Assembly: GCA_020536535.1 (NCBI GenBank)
Contig: JAHLWZ010000165.1
Span: forward strand, 1 to 64,000
From: Pelomyxa schiedti
Lineage: Eukaryota; Protista; Evosea
Direction: 5' to 3'
Length of the DNA stretch: 64,000 bases
Shown here: piece after piece, positions 25,367-37,026 of the stretch
Layout: every line of letters begins with the position of its first letter
Position numbering within the stretch: position 1 is the stretch's first letter
Program-made: the position numbers and the translations under genes
The notes under the pieces: generated by a model
Databases searched by the model: none
Told to the model about the DNA's origin: nothing
Seen by the model: the letters and a program-made list of their open reading frames with translations, nothing else

Positions 25367-25541
25367 TCGAGTTTTTACGCTGTGGACAGATGGTTCAATA
25401 ATGTGGTCCACCGACTTGGAATTGTTTAGACATAATTCTCCTGTACAATTTTTTACCTTGCTATAACATGTATGTTTAGAACATGCCTATGCTTACAATT
25501 TGAAAGGTAATCTTTTCTTGCGTTACCGGGAGTACTGAAGA
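25367..25541 (+). repeat. Diverged copy of 1156-1317 (exon-intron-exon piece of the PQQ-propeller gene)
   Basis: Shared TCGAGTTTTT..GGACAGATGG..ATGTGGTCCACCGACTTGG..TGTTTAGACATA..TCTCCTGTAC and ACAATTTGAAAGGTAA..GGGAGTACTGAAGA. Confidence 0.85.
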
Positions 25542-25587
25542 TAGGTACACCATTACCTTCCTTCCAGCTTTGGAATTCTGAGCTGCA

Positions 25588-26608
25588 TCACCAGGTTCCA
25601 CACCATTGGTCATTGCGGTTGTAAATAATAGATTCGAACTGGTGCAACTACTTCTGCAGGTTATCTTCTTTTTCCAGGCACACTCGTCAAGTATCTAACA
25701 TCTCGCTGGCAGAGTGGTGCTAATCCCAACATTCCCGACAAACGTGGCAACACGCCGCTACATGTTGCCCTGGAATGCAAAATTTTCACCAGTTCTCTTT
25801 ATCTTTCGCTCCTTCCAATGCAATCCTCTTTTAGTTGTACAGCTCCTCCTAAAGTACAACGATACAAATCTGGAGGCAAAAAATCTTAAGAACCAAAAGC
25901 CCCTCGCACCTCTTATCACTCACGGTGTTCCGTTTCTTCTAGAACTACTCCATGCATGGCATGGTTCGCTTTAATTTACCAAGATTCTGCCTCTTGACAT
26001 TCTACACAGGAACTCCTCCCTGCCTTACCGCCCAACTGCAATGAGGGAGCAGGTATCTGACCATGATGACAATGAAGATTCTGATGACCAAATGAATGTT
26101 TCATCAGACCCGCACAAAACTTCATCTCCATCACTGATGAATCCGCAGCAGCCGGGGCGTTACTACCCCCAGTGGTGCCACAGCTGCGCCCACAGCACTT
26201 TAGCCCCATCAGAGCCAACAGCACCATCTTCATTATTAACATCATCAACACCCACATCGGCAACGTCACCATCAACAGCAGCAACTTCAGATACAACCCA
26301 CCACCACTGCACCTGCTGTAACATTGAGTCGGCAACAGAACATTCAACACCAGATGAGAGAAAAGAACACTCACTCCATAGTGCAGCAGTTTCTGCTCCA
26401 CGGCAGCGAAGTCAATGCAGTGAATGCATACATGGATACACCACCGCACCTGGCGGCCAATCTGGGACATCACAGTGTGGTGAGGCTGCTGCTGAAACAT
26501 GGAGCTGAGACCACAGCCGGAAATCAGCTGGGCGACACACAACTGAGCCTGGCCACAACAATGGCACACAATTCTGGAATCACAGGAATGCAAGTCACAA
26601 TAATCTAA
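25588..26608 (+). pseudogene. Ankyrin-repeat gene, fragmented or degenerate
   Basis: GSTPLVIAVVNNRFELVQLLL, GANPNIPDKRGNTPLHVAL, EVNAVNAYMDTPPHLAANLGHHSVVRLLLKHGAE. Frame breaks; no clear start. Confidence 0.55.
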
Positions 26609-26882
26609 TAAACACCCCTTCGTACTGTTCTTTTCTGTACCATGAGTAGAACGATAAAAGAAAAAAGGAGGGAGAGGAAACAAGAGTCAGAACTGAGTCC
26701 ACGGCAACTTAGGCATTCGCATCCTCCATCCTCCGTGGCTCCCAGCTGCTCCCCTCATCCCCCACAATTTTAACTTGTTTCTTCGTTTTCGGTTACCTCA
26801 AAAATTTCCCCGTGAACGGTACTTATGGGTTTCGAGAGTGTCAATTGGCATCCACTTCTTTTTCATTTTTCTGTTCCGGTAG

Positions 26883-29085
26883 ATGTACAAGCGTGTTCGC
26901 TGGGTACCAGTGCCACCGGCCGGCGGGCGCATTAGCGCTGTTCGTTCTACGGCAAGTGACACCACGTCGACCACGACGACGACCACGACCACGACGACCA
27001 CGACGACCACGACGACAACCACGATCTCGACCCCGAACAACAACACTGGTGCTACCACTGGGCACCAGGACCAGCCGCAGCCTCCTCCTCCTCCTCCGCC
27101 ACCGCTACGAGGCACTGGCCTGGGACCGGGGCTCAGGGTCGACCAGCCCGTCCCGCTCCACAACCGGCCCCGCAAAACCAGGGAGAGGGAGGGAGCACCG
27201 GACCAACACCAACTTGACCTACATGATGAGTACGGAGAAGGCGAGGGTGAGGAGGGCGAGTGTGAGGGCAGGCAAGGCGATCACGCCGACGAGCACGACG
27301 GCGACGCCGATGCGGAGGCGCGCGAGATGGAGGAGCTGCGACGTAGGCTGCAGCCCCAGTTCGGCGGCTACGAGGGCGACGAGGAGGAGGAGGAGGGCGG
27401 CGGCGGCGAATTTGTTGGAAGCAACTTGGTTCCGGATAACGAGTTCTCATCTTATACACGTCTGACCTTGCGATCGCTGCTGCAGGAACTCGACGCCATC
27501 AACTACGACCCTGGTGTGCTCTTATCTAGCTGTACCCTTGGTGATCTATTCACGTTTAGAAAACTCTTGAACGTGGCAGCGGTGTGTGTTTGTCTTTTTT
27601 GCCTTCTTTATTCCTGCTCATACTACTTAAGGAACGTGAACTTTCATTGGATGAAGCTCCTGCGATGGATATTGCACTGGATATATGTGAGGAGTCGAAG
27701 AACATCCGAGCTGGAAACACAGTCATCAACGCCGCCAAGGTTGACGATGACACTGAAATCTTCGCGTATTACAACACTCAAGACTTCGTCCACAAATTCA
27801 TTCTGGCTCCTCGGAGTGCAACGTTTATTCTCTGCAGTCAAAGTGAATACTCTATTGGTACGGGAAATATTCACAAAAATCCTTCACCACCACGATGCTG
27901 CCAAGTTATTGGAGAATGTCCAGAGCATGTGCCCGTACATCACGTCAAACTATCCTGTGGAAATAGTGATTCCATTGCTACAACGATGACAAACAACAAT
28001 GACAAACAACAATGACACCCGCGAACATGTTGCAGCATGTTCTAATGTTGATGGTGGCGGTGGTAGTGCCTGCTGCTCCAGCGGCAGTTGTGAGGCACCT
28101 GAACCTCAAATGAAACTACTTGAAACCATTGCCGCGAACTCTCTCATAACTCCCAAAACCTCTTGGGAATGGCTTTCACCATGGGAAACGTGAAGCTCAT
28201 GCTGGACGTTATGGGTAACTCAAAGCACCCTCCAAAACAATTCGTGCAACAAGTGATACCATTCTTCAAATCCCACCAAAAAGCATGCAATGCTGACAAT
28301 GAAAACAAATTTACAGCGTGGCTTAAGAAGTGGTTGGAGATGGCCAACCTCGATGATGACACAATCATTGCTTACCTAAGGATGTGCACAAGGGATGCCA
28401 AAAGCCCCCAAATGTTCAAGGACGCTGTGGACGTGTGCTTAGTCAGGGACAGCATCTGCCCGCTTGCAAAGTACTTTTCGGAACTCTGCATGTGCACGCA
28501 CCAACTGGCCCACAATCAATTCATTGGTCTAAGAGCGACGTGCAGCAGGGAGACTGCAGAGAGCGTGAACGCTATGTGCAAATGCAGAGCCTTCTTGAGG
28601 CAGCTTATTCACCTTTGTGGCAAGATGCTGTGTGATTTTCAGATGAACACTACCTTGTGTCTGGCTTCGCAGGCAGGATGCCTACCAGTCGTTGAGGTTC
28701 TTGTGAACAACCTCCATGTGAATCCAGCAATTAATCGCGCTACATCAGAGCTGTCTCCATTGCAAGGGCACCCAACTAACCAGCAAAGAAACCTCCATCT
28801 TGGATGCGTTAGTTGGGTGCCCTTGCAATGGAGACAGCTCTGATGTAGCGCGATTCCTGGTGGAAAATGGCGGATTGGATATGCTGTATTACGGGCAAAT
28901 CCATTTTTTCCCCTTTCTCCTTTTCCTACAATTTTTTTGATTGTTGTTTGTGATCATTCTTTTCTCCCGAGAGATCAAGCAAAGGAACAACGACGTTCAT
29001 TTGTGATGGCCATTCACTGGAGGACTGGCCGTAACAGCCCTGTTCACGCTTTTGGCCTACGTGCACGCGCCACGCTGCAACATTG
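26883..29085 (+). CDS. Hypothetical protein with low-complexity/acidic N-terminus and C-terminal ankyrin-like repeats; several frame breaks; end approximate
   Basis: Long ORFs 26883-27989, 27584-28015 and 28163-28843; TTLCLASQAGCLPVVEVLV is ankyrin-like. Confidence 0.45.
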
Positions 29086-29522
29086 AATGGTTACCTCCTG
29101 CTGCCCCCACAGCCCCAATCCTCACCCTATAACTCACTCGCAACTCAAATGAATGAATTTCCAAAAAAAAAAATTGCACTCTTCTATATGTTTTTTTTCC
29201 TACAGAAGCAACAACAATTTAAAAAAAACCAACACAACAAACGTAGTTGCCTGCCGTCATGGCTCTTCAAGAATCAGAATGAATACGATTTCACTCTGAA
29301 TACGATACGTACTTGTTTACAACTACTGCCCCAGCTCTTTTCTTCCTTGAAACAGAACACAAAGTGAATGGCATAATAATAGCAACACTGAAAAAGCACT
29401 CATACTCCTATCCCCAAGAAATTGGCAAGTTCCACAGAAAGATAAGGCCATTGCAGATTGCAGGTATCTGCCTCTTTTTTCCCAGAACTCCTCTTTGTCT
29501 TTGCAGTAGATACTATTGAATC

Positions 29523-29660
29523 AGTCGGCAACAGTACACCATTCCTCACTGGAAAGGAAACCCCATGTGCCGCAGTGCAGGTAGCTTCTGCTTCAAAAGT
29601 CAATGGCAGTGAACACATACATGGGTACACCGCTGCTCCTGGCAGGCCAAGCTGGGGCAA
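29523..29660 (+). repeat. Decayed copy of ankyrin segment 26327-26470
   Basis: Shared AGTCGGCAACAG, AGTGCAG..TTCTGCT, AAGTCAATG.CAGTGAA...ATACATGG.TACACC, CCTGGC.GGCCAA.CTGGG. Confidence 0.7.
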
Positions 29661-31802
29661 GGCTTCATCACCTGGCACCAGCATTTCTTATTTGTAGGCT
29701 TGCTCTGTTATTGTCTCTTACAGCCCTCGCTCTCTCCCTCTAGTAAGTGCATGCAGCATAGGATTCCCCCTTGGCTCGATTATGAAACATGTTTATGCTA
29801 TGCCGAACTGGTTCCAAACAGTCTTGGGGATGATTATTTTACCGATGACTTGAAAGTGAAAGCAAAGGAAGAGTAGCACTTCCTCGATTTTGAATAATTC
29901 AAGTCACCTAAACAGCTTGCTGGTATCTGTCTCTTTTTCTAGAATACGAATCAAGTAACCATCACATCAAGATGTATGAGGCCAGCAGATAGGGTTTTCT
30001 ACCAGATTCTCGAGGTAAGTATAGAATTCTTACCCCCTACAGTAACTGTTCTGATGATATCTGGCAGAGCTCTGTTTATTACCCTTTCCCCGAAATTCTG
30101 CTTTCATTTGTTAACCACACTCGAGGGTGGTTGTAGAGGCTATGCTCGTTCCACTAGACCATCCCCCCCCCAAAAGTCTGGGGGCTTTGCTTGAAGCCCA
30201 ATATATCAACAGTTACTCTTCTGGCCGCTTCTCGATCTCTTCTTTCTTGGGAATCTAAGTTTGTTCATCCCCACAATCTTCAATTACATCTCTGGCCCCG
30301 AACTTTCTAATTTCCGAGCACATTCCTCGGAGTCGTGTCGTGCTTTCCTGGTCCCCTTTCCTGTTCTAATCTCCATATCATTCCCCCTTTGTACGAGAGT
30401 TCTTGATCCAATTGGCTTCCTACGGCACACTATCAGATAGATGTAAGAGGAGGTAAGCCATAAGCAACGTGCAGAGTGGGTGAGGGAGTTTGTTTGCCAC
30501 GTGCATACGAGAAGAGGAAGTATACACTAGCTATAACCCACATACTATTACATTCAAGACTAAGGGAGCTGGAGCACCAAGAGGACTACTGGAAGTTCGA
30601 GCCTGTCCAGTCAGTATTATAAGAGAGAACCTGAGGCCCATGGATCACACAAGCTTATCCAGCGTCACAATTGCCACTTCTTTGGTAAAGTCAATGGAAA
30701 GACAGTGACACTGCTGATAGATAGCTGTTCGTCTACCTAGTATTCCGCGGCGAAGATGCTCCTCGAGCCAAACGCGGAAGTAACAGAAATACCGACACAG
30801 TTTATGACACACATCAGTTGGGGAAAAGAAAAATTGACCTGCAAGGCAACCCATGCAGTAAAGTTCACAGTCAATAGAGAGAGGACTGAATAATATCGTG
30901 GTACCGATGCTCTAACCCATTACAAAGGAGACATTTTGGCACTCCTGCAATGGCTTTTAGATGGCAAAATGAGAAGAAGAAGAAGGTCAGTTTACTTGGC
31001 CAAGAGTGGGCAGGAAAAACAAGTATATATCGTGGCACAGGCTCAAGATGTGACCGTACCGTGATGGTCTACTGCTGCCAGTGGGTGTCACACTGCCGAT
31101 AGGACTACACGTAAGAAAAGACTAATCTGATTGGTATAAAGGCAAAGAAGCGCTGTCGATCGGAACGGAATACGCACGTAGTGAGCTCCCTTTGAACTTG
31201 TTCTTAAGACCAGGAATATTGAGATGTTCAATCCAAATTGCTAATACTTCGTGAGAAGCCGATAAGGAGCTTCAAAGGACAAACAGTTGCTAGAACTGGT
31301 AGTGCCCAAGATATGTAGCACCACTACCTACTACACTGGGAAGCAAAGTTAGAGCGCTACAGTGGTAAAGCCAGGAAACGTGCCTAACTTTTTCACATTC
31401 ACAGTTGAAGTTGAAAGTCATGAAAGCCAGTGGAATTACTCACGCAAGCACCGATTACTGACCGGAAAGAAGTTGGAGAACACATTTAATATATCAATGG
31501 AAAGAAGAGGTAATATCAGAGGTCGTATCTCTACTACTGAAACAAGAATCGGAAAGTATTCGTTCGCATGTGCGGAAGAACTTTGAGAGCTCGAAATGGG
31601 CCATTGTACAATAATATTATGGGCTGGAGCCACTCTCAAATTCCAATTTCCACCCCTTTCTTCGAGACATAGTTGATTCAGGGGGTCAGCAACGCAGGAA
31701 TGTTTTTCTGATAATATCCAAATCATCAGATCATGACCCAGTTTTGTGCCTTCCATGTGATCTTTTCTTAACAAAATTACACACCCTGTTTTCTGGGGAA
31801 AT

Positions 31803-33083
31803 TTATTGTTTTGAAAAGAAGAAAGAATCTACATCCAAGTGCACGATGAAGTCCCCAACGTGGAATCCAGTGACACAGTCATGCACCTGGAAGCTTATTT
31901 CAGTGACATTAGAATCACTCTCCTGGTGTGATGTAGATGCAACGAGGCCTGATTGTTTGCTGGCCCGTGCCCATGTGCATGGAAAGCACTGTTCTGGTCT
32001 GGAAAGGTTGCCAGTATGATAAACCTCAAATGCTTTGGGGTTGAATAGGAAACAAACAACTGCGTGACTCCTGCCAATTGGTGTAACTTCATAGAACCGT
32101 GGGAATGAGTAATGTCGGTGCCCAGTGGTGCACTCCACAAGGTGAAATGGTTCTGGATTTTCGTGATGCAGAGTGCACATGGAGCCATCTGGCTTCCACA
32201 ACACACCAAGTGGACGTGGCTCTGAGCATGTAATTCTCAGGGTGAACACGATATCCTGTATTTTGAAGCTTTCAGCCAAATCAACAAATTTGACAGTAGC
32301 TGCTGTGGTTTTTGAACCGCGGGTCAGTATTATCAGAATATCATCACACAAAGGGGAGAAATCAATCATTCCTACTTCAATCCCATCTTCAAAGTAGACC
32401 TCTGGCTTGCATGGAACCCCGCCAACAACTTTCCAAACACGAAGCACAACAGATCTGGTGTCAAGTGCAACAATCCAATTTCCACTGCACTTCACAGTAG
32501 TACCATATTCCGAAGTGAATATTCCAACGGAATTTTCAGCTGAATGCGGGTACTCACTGACATCCATATCGAAGTACTCATACAGGCAAGAATCCTGCCA
32601 CCTGGTGGCTTGAAAGAACCTCTTGCACAATACCCTGTCCATGCCCAAGCATCCAACCACAAAAGTGTAGCTTCTTGCATCACCACAGGTGTAACAGCTG
32701 TATCCCACAATTCCCAGCGTATGGGACACACATACGTGCAAATGGTGCTGCACCCTCTTGGTTTTCTCGTTGTCCTTGATGCCCTCGATTGGCAGCACAA
32801 AATCGGCGGCACAGGCAGGCCTGAGGACCCAGTCTTCAGCCCACTCCCTGAACAAAGACGGGGACTGGGCCCAAAGGACCATCGAGGGGCAGCAATGAGT
32901 GCCGGACCACCTCACGATCCCTGCGCAACGCACAGCCATTGCTTGCGACTTGGCGGTAGTTACAGTGGCATGTGCAAGGGGTTGTCGTTCTTCGGTCCGT
33001 GGTTGCTGTTGGGGGAGGGGACCGTGGTTTGTGGGAGTTGGTCGGTACAGGGAAGGCTGTGGTTTTGTGTCACTGGCACCCAT
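31803..33083 (-). CDS. Hypothetical intronless protein (about 426 aa) with beta-rich C-terminal half
   Basis: Single long ORF starting MGASDT; no recognised catalytic motif. Confidence 0.7.
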   Translation of the reverse strand: MGASDTKPQPSLYRPTPTNHGPLPQQQPRTEERQPLAHATVTTAKSQAMAVRCAGIVRWSGTHCCPSMVLWAQSPSLFREWAEDWVLRPACAADFVLPIEGIKDNEKTKRVQHHLHVCVSHTLGIVGYSCYTCGDARSYTFVVGCLGMDRVLCKRFFQATRWQDSCLYEYFDMDVSEYPHSAENSVGIFTSEYGTTVKCSGNWIVALDTRSVVLRVWKVVGGVPCKPEVYFEDGIEVGMIDFSPLCDDILIILTRGSKTTAATVKFVDLAESFKIQDIVFTLRITCSEPRPLGVLWKPDGSMCTLHHENPEPFHLVECTTGHRHYSFPRFYEVTPIGRSHAVVCFLFNPKAFEVYHTGNLSRPEQCFPCTWARASKQSGLVASTSHQESDSNVTEISFQVHDCVTGFHVGDFIVHLDVDSFFFSKQ

Positions 33084-33262
33084 TTTCACAACAGAAAGAG
33101 AGTACAAAGCACCTTACAGTCTCCCAAGGTTCTGAGGAGTGAGCATTCCAAGCAGTGGTTGACTGGGATCAAATCAGGGTGAACCCGATCCAATCAGCGT
33201 TCGGGTTCTCCGAAAGGACACAAGGAAAACAAAAAAAAAAAAGAAGCCAAGAGACACGAGAG

Positions 33263-33867
33263 ATGTTGGTAGGGAGTTCATTAATCACCGCACCGTACTT
33301 ATATTTTGTTGTGCACAGTACAAGGTAAAGGGATGCCTCGGTGCGCAGGTCAAGACCATCGATGTCGAGCAGGGCACTCCGTTTTCTGAAGTTAAACGGA
33401 TGCTCGAAACGAAGTTCCACGTTCCTCTCACTATTTCGTGGCGTAGCACCTCTGTCTATCAGGTTTCAATTCTATTACTTTTCCTCCTTTAAATTACGTT
33501 ATGCAATCTGTTTTTGTCAAATTTATCTTTATTCCCTACTGTTTCGTTACCAAACTATTTACTCTTTCCCAGGATCAACAATACGACCTGGTTCTCAAAG
33601 ACGCCGTTGTTAGTAAAGCTAAATTCGTGAAGCTTGACCTTGTTGCCCCAACCATGGGTTCACAACCATCAACGAGAGCAGAACCGGCAGTTGTGTCATC
33701 ACCAAAGACAACACAGAGGCAACCTGTCAGTAGTACAAGTATGAAATTCACTCTAATTAATTAAAGTAACCATGTCCATAGAGGATGCCTTTGTATTCTG
33801 CTCCAACTGTGGCAACAAGTTGCCAGCAACAGCCAAGTTCTGTGGTAGCTGCGGAAACAGAATGTAA
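33263..33867 (+). CDS. Small PB1/ubiquitin-like domain + C-terminal zinc-ribbon protein (4 exons)
   Basis: Spliced product MLYKVKGCLGAQVKTIDVEQGTPFSEVKRMLETKF...FCSNCGNKLPATAKFCGSCGNRM*. All junctions GT-AG and frame-consistent. Confidence 0.7.
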
Positions 33868-34293
33868 TCACAAAACCGGAACAGAAAAAAATAGCCAATT
33901 CTATTCTATTACTTTCTTGTCTATTCCGGAATAAACAAGAAATCTTTGCGTGACTGCTGATGGGTTTCCACACATTACATTGGCTGAGACTGTGGGGTTT
34001 CTTTGTATTGGATGTCCTTGCCGGTAGCGCTCAGTTGATCTTTCCCATTCTGAGTCTGTTAACCACCCCACCAACAGCACAAAAAAAAGTTCCCTACTTG
34101 GGAGTGATCAGGCGCAGTTGCTCTGGAAGAAACCAAGTTGAGCATCTTTTTTGACATGGAGGTCGCTACTAGCTTTTGGGGCGTTATAAGCCTCAACCAA
34201 CGAGAAATGACAAAACAGATAAAAAAAAACCCAAGCAGCGAAAGCCCAACACGACACAAACAAAACGATACGACAAAAAACAAAACAAAAACA

Positions 34294-35868
34294 ATGACAA
34301 AAAAACGCAAGGCAGGGGGCATTTCTTGTGTTACCGACAACGATTCTCCGTCGCAACAACAAGCTCGGTGCTGTGCACCCAAACGACGGGCCACAAATAG
34401 CAGAAGGAGGGCATGTTCCACACCCCCAAAGCGAGTGTCAATCGGCCCCTCCGTTACTCTCCCCGGGTCTCCTGGCGCTTCCACTGTTGGTTCTCCACTT
34501 ACGCCTTCCTCTCCATCCTCTGCTGAGAGCCCTACCCCGTCTCCCTCTGGTTCTGCTTCTTCTTCTGGTTCTGCTTCGGCGTCGGCGTCTGTTTCACGAA
34601 CACAGAGACCGATGAGGCTGAAGAAGGTGCTGGGATACTTTGGTGGAACGCAGAAGAGATTACCTGTGACTAATGCAATCAAGCAAGCCAGGGCCAGCAG
34701 GCACCGACCTGGGGGTGTAATGGAATTGGGGATCAGCATAAGCGCTGAGGTGGGTGACAACAGAGCAAGCCGCTCTGTGTTTATTCCTGACCCGCAGGTG
34801 TTTGGCGCTGATGGGAGGTTTCTCATCAGGCACACACAGAAGGAGATCCATGATTTGCAACGGGCCAGTAATGATGCAGAAAAGGAACCGAAAACTGACT
34901 ACAACCGTTGGACAATAATTCCATGCCACGGAAATCTGTGGATTGGTGTTGTCAGTATGTACCCCAAAACATATAGTTTCTTCTCAAGTTGAATTTATAC
35001 TCATTCATACCATAGGGCAAAATACTGGAACCGGCGTTCTTCCCTACGTCTACATCGAGAATGTAGACCCCAAAATCAGCGCTGGTGAAATGAGACTCAC
35101 AGTTTCCACAAAGAACAATGATGACACTTGGGAGCAGTCCAGCATCGGTACCTTTCCCCTTTTTCTTTATCCCGTAACACTGACCCAACTTTAGCTATTC
35201 CGCCACTGATGATACATGAAGGCAAGATCTGGCCCATTCTTGGTGGAGATGCCGTACAGTCCCACGAACCTTCACCAACTCCCACAATCACAACTGATAC
35301 CACACAAGAAACCCAAGAGCCACCGCAACAAAACCAACATCCCCCACTATCAACACCGCAGCAAATTGTAAACGAGAACAATTTCACTCCCCTGCCATTG
35401 CAATCTATGTTCGCGCCTAACTCCTATGAATACTATAACACTACAATCACAACAACTCCGCAACAACCTCCCAGCACTACTACCTCTACCTCTACCTCTA
35501 CCTCCACCACACCTACTCCTATACCTACGACTACTACAACTCCCGGCCCCCAGGAGCCGACATGGGGGCCCCCATCACAATCACAAGAGGAGCCATCACG
35601 GAACGACTACCTGAGCATGAGCGGCCAGGAAGCCTCTGAAACCGAGGGAACCATCTGGGGTCTCCCAAGCTTCACTGGGAGTGAATTGTCGTTGCAATCC
35701 GTGGCGGCAGCTGACGGGGCATTCAGCGACCCCATGTTTTCACCTCTTCCGCTTGTGCCACAAGCGGATTGGTTCCAAGATTTCCCTTTCCCACAGCCCT
35801 ACTTCGATGTAGTTCCCAGACCACCAAGTCCGATTGGGCTTGATGAGTCACACCCCTTTCTGGACTGA
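34294..35868 (+). CDS. Hypothetical, possibly nuclear protein (3 exons)
   Basis: MTKKRK basic start, Ser/Pro linker, central globular segment, Thr/Pro linker, acidic-aromatic tail. Confidence 0.65.
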
Positions 35869-36057
35869 GGGACCCACGGCTAAACTGGAATTGTAATCTT
35901 GTAAAAAATAAACTCTATTTATTTTTCCATCTGTCCTGTTTACAGGTGCCGGTTCGTGGATCTTATTTCGAGTTGGAAATACGGCCTGTTACTAATCTAA
36001 TTAGTAGGGTATTGGTCCAGTTCCACTTTTGACAACAAGTCGAAGTGCCGCGGTGAA

Positions 36058-36891
36058 ATGGGTGATGCCGAGAAGGACATTGTGGAGAGTGCGAGGGTAA
36101 GTGTAGAAAGTGTTTTGGAAGTATTCTGGTGGCTTTCGGGGTGCACTGACTTGCTTCAGTTCTCCCCTGAGGTTCTTGCAATGTACACGGATCACGACCC
36201 TCAGCTAGCAAGGGAAGTTGCTCAGGTGTTCATTGAGGAAGCAACTGAAAAGCATCTACCTGCTCTTGAAGAAGCGATTAAAGATAAGGATGCCAAGAAG
36301 TATGCATACAAACATGGTTTTTGCATGTTACAAACAACTGGTTTGACTTTGTGGTGTATTTAGGTGCTTCTATCATGCGCATACACTGAAGGTAATAATC
36401 TGATGCTTCTTTCACAGTGATATGTAGGGAGCAGGAGAAAAATATATCAATTGGTGTAAAAGGGGATAAACTAAATACACAAAAATATCTAGTAGCATAA
36501 GCAGTAACAGAGACCTATACAGGGAAGTAGTGGGTACGTTGGAGCTGAAGGAGTGCAGTGGATAGCAGCCAGAATTGTGTATTATTCAGGGAAGGGACAA
36601 ATGGAACAACTGCCTCCACTCATTGACAACCTCAAATCAGAGTTGACAGCCACAGTAAAGGCTCTCAATCACTACTACTTTTGCCCCCAAACACTACAAC
36701 AACAAAACCAACAAACTCAGATAGCACCAATATCCCTATCCCAATCCTCCTCATTAACGGAAACCAAGAGTGCTCGCTTTCCAACGCCGGCGGAACCCAT
36801 AATTCCACAACAAGGAGCGACAGAGCCAGCAACATTATCGCAGGCGTCGCAACAGCAACAACGCGAACAAGCCCCCAAGGATCAACGTTGA
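36058..36891 (+). CDS. Histidine phosphotransfer (Hpt) protein, RdeA/Ypd1-like
   Basis: Splicing joins HAHTLK|GSSGYVGA, the Hpt signature HxLKGSSxxxGA. Upstream LAREVAQVFIEE...LEEAI helices. Confidence 0.9.
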
Positions 36892-37026
36892 CACCTTTGC
36901 ATCTTCAACGAAAATATAAGAAACAAATAAACGACGAAAGTCTCATGTCAGGAATTCCATTTTTTTCTCCTTCCTCATCAAACTCACCAAACAAACCAAC
37001 ACCAAACACAAACAACGAGAAGTAAA

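Noticed and set aside
29700-31750. Gene-poor stretch as a possible retroelement remnant
   Set aside because: No RT, integrase or transposase motif and no terminal repeats could be recognised.
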